DNA of 64,000 nucleotides, taken from the NCBI GenBank assembly GCA_965223325.1, contig CBDCWI010000002.1:1472001-1536000 (forward strand), written 5' to 3'. The stretch's first letter is position 1, and the number at the start of each line of letters is the position of its first letter. Shown here in pieces: positions 39,205 through 50,100 of the stretch. Below the pieces are notes generated by a model, which did no database searches, had not been told where the DNA came from, and saw only the letters and a program-made list of their open reading frames with translations. The DNA is from Candidatus Multivoradales bacterium. Its GTDB lineage: Bacteria; Acidobacteriota; Thermoanaerobaculia; Multivoradales; Multivoraceae. The translations under genes and the position numbers were made by a program.

Positions 39205-40029
39205 ATGGACGATCCCGCGCTCGACCACGATCTAACCCTCACCGCCCTCGTTCCGGCCTACAACGAAGAGGCGACCATCGAGACTGTACTCAACAGCCTC
39301 ATGGCCGTCGACATGAACCTCGTGCAGGTGGTCGTCGTTGACGACGGATCGAAAGACAAGACGGCGGCGATCGTCGAGCGCCTGGCGGCGGCTGACGAGC
39401 GCATCGAGCTCCACCAACAGTCGAATCAGGGGAAAACCGCCGCGATCGCCAATGCCCTCGGTCACGCCCACGGCGACGTCATCTTCATCCAGGACGCCGA
39501 CCTCGAATACGACCCGGCCGAGCTCCCAGAAGTCGTGCGACCGATCCTCACCGGCCAGGCAGACGTCGTCTACGGCAGCCGCTTTCTGGTTCGCCGGGCG
39601 GCCCGAGTGCTCTACTTCTACCACTACCTGGCGAACTCGGGTTTGACCTTCCTCTCGAACCTCTTGACCAACCGCAACATGACCGACATTGAGACCTGCT
39701 ACAAAGCGTTTCGAGCGGAGGTCATCAAGCCACTGCGACTGACCTCGTCGGGCTTCGGCATGGAAGTCGAGATCACCGCCCTGGTCTGCAAGACCATGGC
39801 GCGCACCTACGAGGTCCCGATCTCGTATCACGGTCGCACCTACGAAGAGGGCAAGAAGATCGGCGTCTGGGACGGTGTGCAGGCGCTCTACTACATTTTC
39901 TTCTTCAACCTGATTCGACCCTTCCAGAGCGAGGGACGGCAGTACATCGAGACCGTCGACGCGGCACTCAGAGCGCAGCGCCGCGAACCCGAAGTGCCAG
40001 CCGTAGCGGAGCCCGCCACCTCGAGCTAG
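39205..40029 (+). CDS. glycosyltransferase family 2 (DPM1-like)
   Basis: VPAYNE, VDDGSKD, QDADLEYDP, YGSRF, TDIETCYK and GRTYEEGKKI. Confidence 0.92.
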   Translation: MDDPALDHDLTLTALVPAYNEEATIETVLNSLMAVDMNLVQVVVVDDGSKDKTAAIVERLAAADERIELHQQSNQGKTAAIANALGHAHGDVIFIQDADLEYDPAELPEVVRPILTGQADVVYGSRFLVRRAARVLYFYHYLANSGLTFLSNLLTNRNMTDIETCYKAFRAEVIKPLRLTSSGFGMEVEITALVCKTMARTYEVPISYHGRTYEEGKKIGVWDGVQALYYIFFFNLIRPFQSEGRQYIETVDAALRAQRREPEVPAVAEPATSS

Positions 40030-40041
40030 GAACCGGGGCTC

Positions 40042-40944
40042 CTAACGACTCGCCTCTTCGGTCAGGCGGGTGATCGCGTCGATCATGGTTGGCCAGGCTT
40101 CCCGCGGCAGGTCGTGGCCCATGCCGTCGATGGTCAGAAGCTCGGCACCCGCAACCGCTGCCGCCGTGTCCTGCCCGCCCTCGAGCGGCACCAACGGGTC
40201 GTCGGTGCCGTGAATCACCAGGGTGGGAAGTGAAAGACGGCGCAAGCGCTCGCGACGGCTACCGTCGGCGACGATGGCAGTCATCTGGCGCGCGACGCCC
40301 GAGCGTGAGAGACCGCGATCCCAGGCCGCCTCGGCCCTCGCCCGCACCACGTCTTCGCGAAACGGAAAGCCCGGACTGCCCAACACCTTCCAGATGCGCA
40401 CCGCGTGTTCGAGGTAGGCCTCGAGGGTTTCGGGTGGCGGCAGGAAGAGCGCCGCCCGCGCCTCCTCGGTCGCCTGCGGCAAGCCCGGCTCGCCGGTCGT
40501 CGACATGATGGAGGTCAGTGTCGCGATGCGCTCCGGGAATCGGATCGCCATCGTCTGCGCGATCATGCCACCCATCGAAGCACCACAGACATGGAAGCGT
40601 TCGAGGTCGAGACCGTCGGCAAGGCTCACAGCATCCTGCGCCATATCGGCAAGCGTGTAGGGCGGTGTGACCTTCTTGCCGGTCAGCGATGCGGCAAGCA
40701 GCTTCGAGATATCGGGCGTCCCGAGATCTTCGAGCCGCGACGACTCGCCGACGTCGCGATTGTCGAAGCGCACCACGAAATGACCACGCTCAGCCAGGCC
40801 AAGGCAGAAGTCGTCCGGCCAGTGCAGCCGCTGCGCGCCGAGACCCATCACCAGAACGAGCGGTCGACCTCCGCTGGACCGGCTCGGGTGCGCTCCGAAG
40901 GTCTCATAGGCGATATGGATCCCATTGGCGGTCATCGACGGCAT
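40042..40944 (-). CDS. alpha/beta hydrolase (esterase)
   Basis: FDNRDVGES, GASMGG, HGTDDPLV and GMGHDLP; GGGAGGGAG RBS. Confidence 0.9.
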   Translation of the reverse strand: MPSMTANGIHIAYETFGAHPSRSSGGRPLVLVMGLGAQRLHWPDDFCLGLAERGHFVVRFDNRDVGESSRLEDLGTPDISKLLAASLTGKKVTPPYTLADMAQDAVSLADGLDLERFHVCGASMGGMIAQTMAIRFPERIATLTSIMSTTGEPGLPQATEEARAALFLPPPETLEAYLEHAVRIWKVLGSPGFPFREDVVRARAEAAWDRGLSRSGVARQMTAIVADGSRRERLRRLSLPTLVIHGTDDPLVPLEGGQDTAAAVAGAELLTIDGMGHDLPREAWPTMIDAITRLTEEASR

Positions 40945-41074
40945 AGTTTCTCCCTCCCTCGCTCTCAGACGAACCGAAGCGAGCGCATTATGCCTGCTCT
41001 GTGTCTGGAGTGGGAGGACCTGACCGGTACACTGCCGGCGAATCAACGACCGGAAGATCAGCAGAGGGAAGATC

Positions 41075-44000
41075 ATGTCTTCGAATCCTTCGCCCCGCTC
41101 ACCAGCGGTTGGCTCCCGCACACACCCCGCCGCGGCGCGACGGGTCGCGCCGCCGGCCAGAGTCATCGTTCTGGCCAGCGCTCTTTTGCTCGCCACCGCG
41201 AGCGTTGCTCCCGCCACCGACACGGTTGACCCGGGCCTCTTCGAAGCCCTCGAGTGGCGCCTGGTGGGGCCCTTTCGCGGCGGTCGTGTGACCACGGTCA
41301 CCGGCGTGCGCGGCAAACCGCAGCTCTACTACATGGGCGCCACCGGCGGCGGTGTGTGGAAGACCACCAACGCAGGACTGACCTGGGAGAACATCTCCGA
41401 CGGCTACTTCAACGTCGGTACCATCGGCGCAATCGCAGTGGCGCCCTCTGACCACAACGTGATCTACGTCGGCACCGGCGAGAAGTCGATCCGTGGTGTC
41501 ACCACCAGCCAGGGCGACGGCATGTACAAGTCGACCGATGCCGGAAAGACTTGGGAACACATAGGCCTGCCCCAGGCCGGGCAGATCGCGCGCATCAAGA
41601 TCCACCCCCAGAATCCCGATCTCGCCTACGCCGCGGTCCAGGGACAGATCTGGGGCCCGAACGAACAGCGCGGCGTCTACAAGACCAGCGACGGCGGTGT
41701 GACCTGGGAGCGGGTTCTCTTCGTCGACGAGCAGACCGGCGCCACCGACCTGCGCATGGACCCGACCAACCCGCGCATTCTCTACGCCGCGATGTGGGAG
41801 CACGGCCGCCGACCCTGGTACATCCTCTCGGGTGGTCAAGCGGGCGGCATTTTCAAGTCGACCGACGGTGGCAACCGTTGGGTCAAGCTCGAAGGTGGGC
41901 TTCCCGAGACGATCGGCAAGGTCGGTGTTGACATCTCGGCCAGCAACCCCAATCGCCTCTACGCCATCGTCGAAGCGATGCCTGGGGAAGGCGGCCTCTA
42001 CCGCAGCGACGACGCCGGCGAAACCTGGCAGCTCAAGAATGCCACTCGCATTCTCTGGACGCGCTCCTGGTACTACATGCACATTGCCGCGGACCCGGTC
42101 GACGAAAACATCGTCTATGTCCTCAACGCCCCGTTCATGAAGTCGATCGACGGTGGGGTGACCTTCGAGAAGAAGAGCACCCCGCACGGTGATCACCACG
42201 ATCACTGGATCAACCCCGACGACAACCGCAACATGATCAACGCCAACGACGGCGGCGCCACGATCACCTTCGACGGTGGCGAGTCGTGGTCGAGCCTGAT
42301 GAACCAGCCGACGGCGCAGTTCTACCGCGTGCAGACCGACAACCAGTTTCCCTACCGCATCTACGGTGGCCAGCAGGACAATTCGACCGTGGCGATTCTC
42401 AACGAGACCTACCGCGGCGGGCCTTCGAACGCCGACTTCTACTCAGTTGGTGGTGGCGAAAGCGCCCACATGGCGTTCGATCCCGACGACCCCACACTGG
42501 TCTACGCCACCACCATCAACGGCACCCTCACCGAGTACAACGCCTCGAACCAGCGGGTGCGCGAAATCAAGCCCTACCCTGAATTCGTCTTCGGCATGGA
42601 GTCGAAGGACCTGCGCTACCGCACCAACTGGAACGCTCCGGTCACCGCGTCGGTCCAGAAGCCCAACGTCATCTACTACGGCACCGACAAGCTTCTCCGT
42701 ACCGCCGACCGCGGTGTGACCTTCGAGGAGATCAGCCCCGACCTCACCAAGAACGAGAAAGACAAGCAGGGGTTGAACGGTGGCCCGATCACCGCCGAGA
42801 ACGTCGGTGCCGAGTTCTACGGCACCATCCTCACCATCACCGCGTCGCCGCACGCCTACGGCACGATCTGGGTGGGAAGCGACGACGGTCTGGTGCACGT
42901 CACCCGGGACGATGGCGCCACGTGGAGTGACGTCACACCCGGGGACCTCGGCGGCGCCATGATCAACGCCATCGACGTCAGTCCGCACGAAGCGGGAACC
43001 GCCTATGTCACCGTCGCGGGCTACAAGATGAACGACCACAAGCCGTACATCTACAAGCTCACCGACTACGGCAAGAACGCCGTCCGTCTCGACAGTGATC
43101 TGCCGCAGCGCAACTTCATTCGCGTCGTGCGCGAAGATCCGGTACGCCAGGGTTTGCTTTTTGCCGGCGGTGAAGAAGACCTCTTCATCTCCTTCGACGA
43201 TGGTGAGCACTGGCAATCCTTCGAGCTCAACATGCCACCGGTGCCGATCACCGATCTCACCATTCGCCAGGACGACCTCGTCGCTGCGACGCAGGGGCGC
43301 GGGTTCTGGGTCTTCGACGACCTCTCGACGATCCGTCAACTCGAGCCCGAACTCGCCGAGAAGCCGCTCCATCTCTTCACGCCGCGCGAGGTCGAAATGA
43401 TCCGCGGCGGCCGCGGTGGCGGCGCCTTCCGCGGTGAGAACCCGCCGCGAGGCGTGGCGCTCGACTACTTCATCAGGGACGAGCACGAAGGCCCGCTCGA
43501 GATCGAGATCACCGATGGGAACGGCCAGCCGGTACGCCGTTTCTCGAGCGCAGAAGGCGACTTCGAGCGCTGCATTCTGAGCAACATGGACCAGCGGCTC
43601 CCGTTCACCGTCGACTACCCCACCAAGGAACCGGGGGCCCACCGCTGGACCTGGAACATGCGTCGCGAGGGTCTCCACTGCATCGAAGACATTCCACTCT
43701 TCGAGGGCTTCTCGGGCGCCTACGTGATGCCGGGTACCTACCGCATCGTCATGCGTATCGGCGACCACGAGGAGCGCACCATGGTGACGTTGGTACCCGA
43801 CCGGCGCACAGAAGCCAACATGGCGGACTTCGAAGAGGTCGAGGTCAAGGTTCGCGAGGCCACCGGTCTGATGAATGAGCTGCTCGACGGTCTGGCTGCC
43901 ATCCGTCGAACACGTGCACAGATCGAAAGCCTGCTCGCCGATCACCCCGACTCCGAACGCCTCCGGGAGTCGGGCGCTAGCGCGATCGACCGCCTCACCG

Positions 44001-44275
44001 AGTGGGAGGCCAAGGTCCTACAGGTCGAGTACGAAACCTACGAAGACGAAGACAGCCTGCCGCCGCGCCTGGTCAAGCATGTGCGTCACGTCCTCGATGT
44101 CATCGACGATGCCGGCCCTCCACTTGCCGCCGGTGCCAAGCAGCGCCTGAGCGATCTCGAGGCCGACTGGTCGGAGCTCGAAGAGGAGCTGCGCGCCATC
44201 GAGGCAAGCGATGTCACCGCGGTCAACGACTGGGCGCGGGAAGAAGCCGTGCCGCACGTGATGCCCCCGCGTTAG
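41075..44275 (+). CDS. VPS10/BNR-repeat glycosyl hydrolase-like protein
   Basis: WRLVGPFRGGR; repeated Asp-boxes (S/T-x-D-x-G-x-T-W); HGDHH and GGQQDN; signal peptide. Confidence 0.88.
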   Translation: MSSNPSPRSPAVGSRTHPAAARRVAPPARVIVLASALLLATASVAPATDTVDPGLFEALEWRLVGPFRGGRVTTVTGVRGKPQLYYMGATGGGVWKTTNAGLTWENISDGYFNVGTIGAIAVAPSDHNVIYVGTGEKSIRGVTTSQGDGMYKSTDAGKTWEHIGLPQAGQIARIKIHPQNPDLAYAAVQGQIWGPNEQRGVYKTSDGGVTWERVLFVDEQTGATDLRMDPTNPRILYAAMWEHGRRPWYILSGGQAGGIFKSTDGGNRWVKLEGGLPETIGKVGVDISASNPNRLYAIVEAMPGEGGLYRSDDAGETWQLKNATRILWTRSWYYMHIAADPVDENIVYVLNAPFMKSIDGGVTFEKKSTPHGDHHDHWINPDDNRNMINANDGGATITFDGGESWSSLMNQPTAQFYRVQTDNQFPYRIYGGQQDNSTVAILNETYRGGPSNADFYSVGGGESAHMAFDPDDPTLVYATTINGTLTEYNASNQRVREIKPYPEFVFGMESKDLRYRTNWNAPVTASVQKPNVIYYGTDKLLRTADRGVTFEEISPDLTKNEKDKQGLNGGPITAENVGAEFYGTILTITASPHAYGTIWVGSDDGLVHVTRDDGATWSDVTPGDLGGAMINAIDVSPHEAGTAYVTVAGYKMNDHKPYIYKLTDYGKNAVRLDSDLPQRNFIRVVREDPVRQGLLFAGGEEDLFISFDDGEHWQSFELNMPPVPITDLTIRQDDLVAATQGRGFWVFDDLSTIRQLEPELAEKPLHLFTPREVEMIRGGRGGGAFRGENPPRGVALDYFIRDEHEGPLEIEITDGNGQPVRRFSSAEGDFERCILSNMDQRLPFTVDYPTKEPGAHRWTWNMRREGLHCIEDIPLFEGFSGAYVMPGTYRIVMRIGDHEERTMVTLVPDRRTEANMADFEEVEVKVREATGLMNELLDGLAAIRRTRAQIESLLADHPDSERLRESGASAIDRLTEWEAKVLQVEYETYEDEDSLPPRLVKHVRHVLDVIDDAGPPLAAGAKQRLSDLEADWSELEEELRAIEASDVTAVNDWAREEAVPHVMPPR

Positions 44276-44301
44276 CGACTGGTAACGAGAGTCCTTTTCA
44301 T

Positions 44302-46023
44302 TCAGGCCAGGCGCTCGATCTCGAGCGGCGGCGTACCGGCCGTCTCACTCCGCCGGACCACGGCGCGGGCCGCGGTATGTTCGCTCGCGGTCTGTTCCTC
44401 GACATGATCGACGTAGAGCCACTCGGCCGATGCTCGGTCGCGGCTGAAACGAACGATCATGTAGCCGCGTTGGTGGGTGTCGACGTAGCGCAGATGAGGG
44501 TTCGTCGCCTGCAGCAGGGTGCCCACCTCGCTCGGCGGGGTCTCTGGGAAGGCGCGTTCGAGTCCCGGTGAGGTGACCGAAGAGCCACCGAACTCGACAC
44601 CGAACTGCCGGCCTTGGCGATCGAGCAGGTCGAAGGCCCAGCTGTTGTGGGTATCGCCGGCCAGCGCCACGACGTTATTGCCGAACGCCAGACAGTCTTG
44701 CGCCAGGCGCTCGCGGGCCGCTCCGTAACCGTCCCAGGCGTCGAGGTTGAGCGGTAACTGATGCTCGAACATGCCGCGCAGCCGCCTGGCTCTTGAGTCT
44801 TCGGGGTTCTCACTCTCTGTGCTGTTGGGTGTGCCGCTCTCGGTGCCACCGGTGAAGTCGGGGGTCTTAAGCCCACCGATCAGGAGCTGCTGCCCGAGCA
44901 CCTGCCACGGGACGTCGCGCGCCTGTGAGCGCGCCAGCTCAGCCTTGAGCCATGCCTCCTGTTCGGCGCCGAGCATCGTCCGTTGCGGCGCGTCGAGGCG
45001 GTCGCGCTTCCACCGCGACACGGTCGCTTCGTCGTAGGTCGAAGGCTCATCACCGTAGTCGAGCTGCTGGTCACGCCCGATCAGGCGGGTATCGAGCATC
45101 AAGATGCTGGCCAGGTCGCCCCACTCGAAAGCGCGGTAGATGCGGTCGGAGCGTGAACCCGGCCGGGTGCGACTCGGCATCCACTCACCCCAGGCGCGCA
45201 CCGCGGCGGCGCGGCGTTCGGCGAAGATGCCTTCGCTTTCCTCCTGGTGGTTCTCGGCGCCTGAATGCCAGGCGTTGTTGGTGATCTCATGATCATCCCA
45301 CACGGCAATCATCGGCAGGGCCGCGTGGATCGCCTGGAGATCGGGGTCGCTACGGTACTGGGCGTAGCGCGTTCGGTAGTCCTCGAGGGTGAAGATCTCG
45401 TGTGGCGGCTGGTGTTCCCGGCCCAGACGCTCGCCGGTGGGGCCGCCGTAACCGTCGGGGCCGTACTCGTAGATGTAGTCGCCGAGATGAATCGCCAGAT
45501 CGAGATCATCGCGAGCGGCGGCATTGCGGTACGAGTGGAAGTAGCCGAACGGGTGGTTGGAACAGGAGAACACGGCAATCGCCAGGCTGTCGGCGCGTCC
45601 GGTGGGCAGTGTGCGTGTGCGGCCGACCGGCGAGTCGCTGCTCTCGAAGCGGAAGCCGTAGTCGTACCAGGTATCGGGTTCCAGGCCACCGGCGTCGACC
45701 TTGACCGTCCAATCACGGTCGCGGTTGGTTTCGACGAAGCCGGAGGCCACCAGTTCTTGATCGCCGGGGCGCCCATCAGTTCCCGCACCCGCTGCCGCCA
45801 CCCACCATTCGACGCGCGCCACATCGGCGCCGCTGCGTTGTGGGATCGCGCGCGTCCACAGCATCACGCTTCGGGCCAGAGGGTCACCCGAGGCGATGCC
45901 GTTCGGGAAGCGCTCCAACCCCCGGCTGGGCTCGTCGGGCTGGGCGCGAGCCCGCGATCGCCAGCGAGGTAGCGCGCCAAGCGCCGCTCCGAAAGCGAGG
46001 ATAAGGCGGCGGGTGAGGGCCAT
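44302..46023 (-). CDS. phoD: alkaline phosphatase D, Tat-exported
   Basis: TRR Tat signal; GIASGDP, FSCSN, HLGDYIYE, WDDHE, DAWDGY and GDTH. Confidence 0.93.
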   Translation of the reverse strand: MALTRRLILAFGAALGALPRWRSRARAQPDEPSRGLERFPNGIASGDPLARSVMLWTRAIPQRSGADVARVEWWVAAAGAGTDGRPGDQELVASGFVETNRDRDWTVKVDAGGLEPDTWYDYGFRFESSDSPVGRTRTLPTGRADSLAIAVFSCSNHPFGYFHSYRNAAARDDLDLAIHLGDYIYEYGPDGYGGPTGERLGREHQPPHEIFTLEDYRTRYAQYRSDPDLQAIHAALPMIAVWDDHEITNNAWHSGAENHQEESEGIFAERRAAAVRAWGEWMPSRTRPGSRSDRIYRAFEWGDLASILMLDTRLIGRDQQLDYGDEPSTYDEATVSRWKRDRLDAPQRTMLGAEQEAWLKAELARSQARDVPWQVLGQQLLIGGLKTPDFTGGTESGTPNSTESENPEDSRARRLRGMFEHQLPLNLDAWDGYGAARERLAQDCLAFGNNVVALAGDTHNSWAFDLLDRQGRQFGVEFGGSSVTSPGLERAFPETPPSEVGTLLQATNPHLRYVDTHQRGYMIVRFSRDRASAEWLYVDHVEEQTASEHTAARAVVRRSETAGTPPLEIERLA

Positions 46024-46115
46024 CGGCTGCTCCTTGGGAAGGATCTTGGCTAAGAGCCAAGCGTGTCGTCCTGGGGGACTGCCACCACTCTACAGGTCGT
46101 CCTGCGGCCTTTCTC

Positions 46116-46997
46116 TCACACCATCGATTCAGCCAACTCTTCCGCCTGACGGATGAGCTCCGGTGCGCGCAGCCGCTCGGCAAACTCGTCCAGATCATCC
46201 GAAGGGCCGCGCCACTCGAGATCGTCGACACTCGCACTCACCGGAGCGCTCCGATCGACGGTCGCAATCCGGCGAAACAGCATCGCCAGGTCACGCTCCT
46301 CAGCAAGCGTGCTGGCAAGCTTGGCAGCACTCCGAACCTTGAATGGCCACAGGTTTGGGTCCTCAGGAATGTTCTCGAGGTGTTCGTAGTGTGCGAGAAC
46401 CGTCGAGGACGATTTCGCCCCCCAGCCTCTGAGGCCGGGGAAGCCGTCGGCACTGTCGCCTACGAGAGCCAGGTAGTCCGGAATCGAGGCGGGGGCAACC
46501 CCGAACTTGTGCTTCACTCCCTCTTCGTCGGTGCGCACACCCTTGCGCCGGTCGTACTGGACGACGCGTTTGCCAACCACACACTGTGCGAGGTCTTTGT
46601 CAGGTGTGCAGATGACCACCTCCTCGACGCGCGAGTCAGCCGCCGCCATCGCGGCACCTGCCGCCATGCCGTCGTCGGCCTCGTGCTCCACCATCCGCCA
46701 CACCACGAGGCCCAGGGCTTCGAGAGCGTCTTCGAGGATTGGAAACTGCGAATGCAGTTCGGGCTCGAGGCCTTCGCCTGACTTGTAGCCCTCCCAGAGC
46801 TCGTTGCGAAACGACTCGATCACATGATCGGTGGCAATCGCTACGTGCGTCGCGCCGTCGCGCAGGAGCGACAACATCGAGTTGGCGACTCCGCGCGCCG
46901 CCGCGATCTGTTCGCCCGCCTCGTTGGTCTGCGAAGGAATGGCAAAGTAGTGGCGGAAGAGCTCATAGGTCCCGTCAACAAGATGAACACGCATCAT
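46116..46997 (-). CDS. stand-alone 5'-3' exonuclease / flap endonuclease
   Basis: HLVDGTYELFR, EADD, PDKD and H3TH LVGDSADGFPGLRGWGAK; no polymerase domain. Confidence 0.9.
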   Translation of the reverse strand: MMRVHLVDGTYELFRHYFAIPSQTNEAGEQIAAARGVANSMLSLLRDGATHVAIATDHVIESFRNELWEGYKSGEGLEPELHSQFPILEDALEALGLVVWRMVEHEADDGMAAGAAMAAADSRVEEVVICTPDKDLAQCVVGKRVVQYDRRKGVRTDEEGVKHKFGVAPASIPDYLALVGDSADGFPGLRGWGAKSSSTVLAHYEHLENIPEDPNLWPFKVRSAAKLASTLAEERDLAMLFRRIATVDRSAPVSASVDDLEWRGPSDDLDEFAERLRAPELIRQAEELAESMV

Positions 46998-47155
46998 CGC
47001 AGTGTAGCCGGAGGTCTGGCATGCGGTACCGCCCGTCGTGACCGAAGACAGGACCGGCTGCAATCTCTCTGCCTGTCCACCGTATCTCGAGGAGACGGGT
47101 GGCGCCGAAACACCGCAGCTCGCCCTCTCAAGGCCTCCGCCCAAAGAATCAGACC

Positions 47156-50100
47156 GTGAACCTCAACCGCCTCAGAACCACCGCCAGCCTCGAAGTGCGC
47201 CGCACGATGAGCCGACCGATGTTCTGGTTCTTCCTGTTGCTGCTCGGCCTGTTGACCTGGAGCTTCGCCACCGGCAGCTCCTCGATCCGCACCGGGAACC
47301 CCTCTGCTGACACCGGAAGCGCCTGGTTGAACTCCGAGTTCTCGCTCTCCTTGAACCTGAGCTTCGTCGCCATCGTTCTCTACATCTTCTTCACCGCCAT
47401 TGCCGCCGGCACGACACTCATTCGCGACGACGAACTGGGGGTCGGAGAGGTTCTCTTTTCCACCGGCCTCCAGGCGCGAGAATATGTCTGGGGGAAGTTT
47501 CTCGGGCTTACCACCGCGTTTCTTGTTGCAGCGCTCTGCCACCTCGCCTTCATGCTCTTGTTTTTCGAGGTACTACCGAGCGCAGCCGCCGGAGATCTGA
47601 CACGCGGACCTTTCCTCTGGGCGGCCTACTTGCGACCCACCGCCTTGTTCATTCTGCCGCCGGTCGTCTTCTTCCTTGGTGGAGCCTTCGCCATTGGAGC
47701 CCGCTGGCGGCAACCGATCGCGGTCTTCTTCCTTCCCGTTGCGAGCTTCCTCGCCTGTCTCTTCTTCTTCTGGCGCTTCAGACCGGACGGACTCTCTCCG
47801 GGGCTCGACCGATGGTTGGTGCTTCTAGACCCCACGGGTTATCGCTGGCTGTTCTCGACCTGGCTCGACATCGACCGCGGAGTCGATTTCTACAACCAGG
47901 TGGCACCGCAGGTCGACGGGCTGCTGCTTTCCAACCGTGCCGGGCTCATCGTCGCTGGAATCGCCCTGGTAGGAGCGAGCGTCAAGCACGGGCGACCGGC
48001 GCTCGGTAGCACCCGCTCCAGAGAGCGGAGCGGAGCGCACGGCCACCAGCATGACTTGGTAACGGTTGAAACGGCTGGCGCGCGTCTCGCGTCGCGGGAG
48101 CGACTCGACTTCGGATCGCGCAGCCGCCCTGATTGGCGGAGCGCCTTCGCCCAACTGCTGGTGGTCGAAGTCAAGGTGCTACGCCGACAACCTGCGTTGT
48201 TTCTCTTCGCGCCTCTGATCGTTCTCCAGGTGATCGCCGCAGCCCGCTTCGAGATCGGCACCTTCAACTCGGAGATCATTCAGACCTCGGGCCTCCTCGC
48301 CGTGCGCTCGATGGATGTCCTGACGACCCTCCTGTGCTTGCTCTTGACGTTTACCCTCGTTGAAGCCTTCGAGCGCGAACGCACGACGCGATTCGAGGGA
48401 CTTCTCTTCTCGACTCCGGCACCCACCTCAGCGATTCTGATCAGCAAACTGTGCGCCAGCCTGCTCCTTGTGACTCTCCTTCTCTCGACTGCGCTCATCG
48501 CCAGCCTCGCTGTGCTCGCTGTGGACAACACAGCGCCGATCGAGCTCTACCCCTTCATCCTCCTGTGGGGGTGCCTGCTCCTGCCCACGTTCATCTTCTG
48601 GGGAGCCTTCGTCACGCTGGCGATGGCGCTGGTTGGCGAGCGTTACAAAGCGTATGCACTCTGCCTCGGAGCGCTGGCCGCATTCGCCTGGCTGCTCGCT
48701 CGCGGCGACCTCACCTGGGCGACAGACTGGACGCTATGGAGCGTCCTCAACTGGAGTGACCTCGGTGCGCTCGAGCTCGACCGCACGCAGCTGATCCTCA
48801 ACCGGCTGGGGGTCACAGCAGCAGCGCTCGCGCTCCTGGTCGTCGCCCGCCACCTGTTCAGTCGCCGCACCAGAGATCCCGCCCGCCTCGTCGACCGGCT
48901 GCGGCCGGTCCCCATGCTGCACAGCGCCCTCCGCCTGGTGCCTGTCGTGCTTCTGCCGCTCGGCATCGCGATCGTTCTCGCGCTCCAGGTCGAGGCTGGC
49001 GAACAGGGAACACAGGCACTCGCGCACCAGAAGGACTACTGGCGCCAGAACCAGGCGACCTGGAAGGGGCAGCAGTTGCCCACCCTCGAGCGGGTGGAGC
49101 TCGACGTCCGCATCGAGCCCAACGAGCGCCGCTTTGCAGTCGACGGCAACTACCTCATGCGCAACCACCTCGAGGAGCCCTTTCGACGCATCGCTCTCAC
49201 CGCCGGCCCGCAATGGCAGGAGGTGAGCTGGACCCTCAACGACACCACGGTCGTCCCCGAGGATCGCTCAGGACTGGTCGTCTTTCGGCCGCCGAAGGTT
49301 CTCGATCCCGGTGAGCGCATCACGATCGGCTTCAGGTACCACGGCACGCTGCCCTCTGGAGCGAGTCGGCGCGGCGGCGGCAGGCGCACTTTCATCTTGC
49401 CCTCGGGCGTCGTACTGCACAGCTACTCGCCGGAGTTCATTCCCTTCGTCGGGTTCTACGAGGGCTACGGGATCGACGAAGACACCGCAGTCGAACCCCG
49501 CACCTTTCGGCCTGGCTTTCACCACCGCGTGCTGCCCCCTGTCCTGGGCAGTCCCGAACCGTTTGACGCCCAGCTTCGCATTGATGTTCCGGCTCGCTAC
49601 ACGGCCAACTCGGTGGGTCGGTTGACAAGCTCAGTCGAACAGGGTGGCCGCCGGGTCTTCGAATGGCGAACCGACCACCCAGTGCGCGCCGTCAACGTCG
49701 TCGCGGGTCAGTGGGAGATGCGCAGGAAGGGTAGAACGAGCGTCTTCTTCCACCCCGCTCACCACTACAACGTCGACGAGATCGCCGACGCGTCCGAAGC
49801 CGCACTCACGCACTTCTCCGACTGGTTCCACCCCTACCCCTGGCAGGAACTCAAGATCAGTGAGTTTCCCGACCTCGCCCGCTACGCCCAGGCCTTCCCT
49901 ACCAACATCACCTTCTCGGAAGGGGTCGGCTTCTTGACCGCCAGCGAACCGCGGCGTGCCAAACCGTGGGCTGCGGTCGCCAGGCATCAGGCGTTCATGA
50001 TCACCGCTCATGAGGCTGCCCATCAATGGTGGGGCCACCTGGTGACCCCCGGAAAGGGTCCGGGAAGCATGGTGCTCAGCGAGGGAATGGCGCAGTACTC

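Noticed and set aside
42443-43945. 500-aa minus-strand ORF and similar antisense ORFs (15764-17197, 2765-3832, 30390-31505, 52802-53842)
   Set aside because: Each mirrors a well-supported gene on the other strand, as expected from stop-codon scarcity at high GC.
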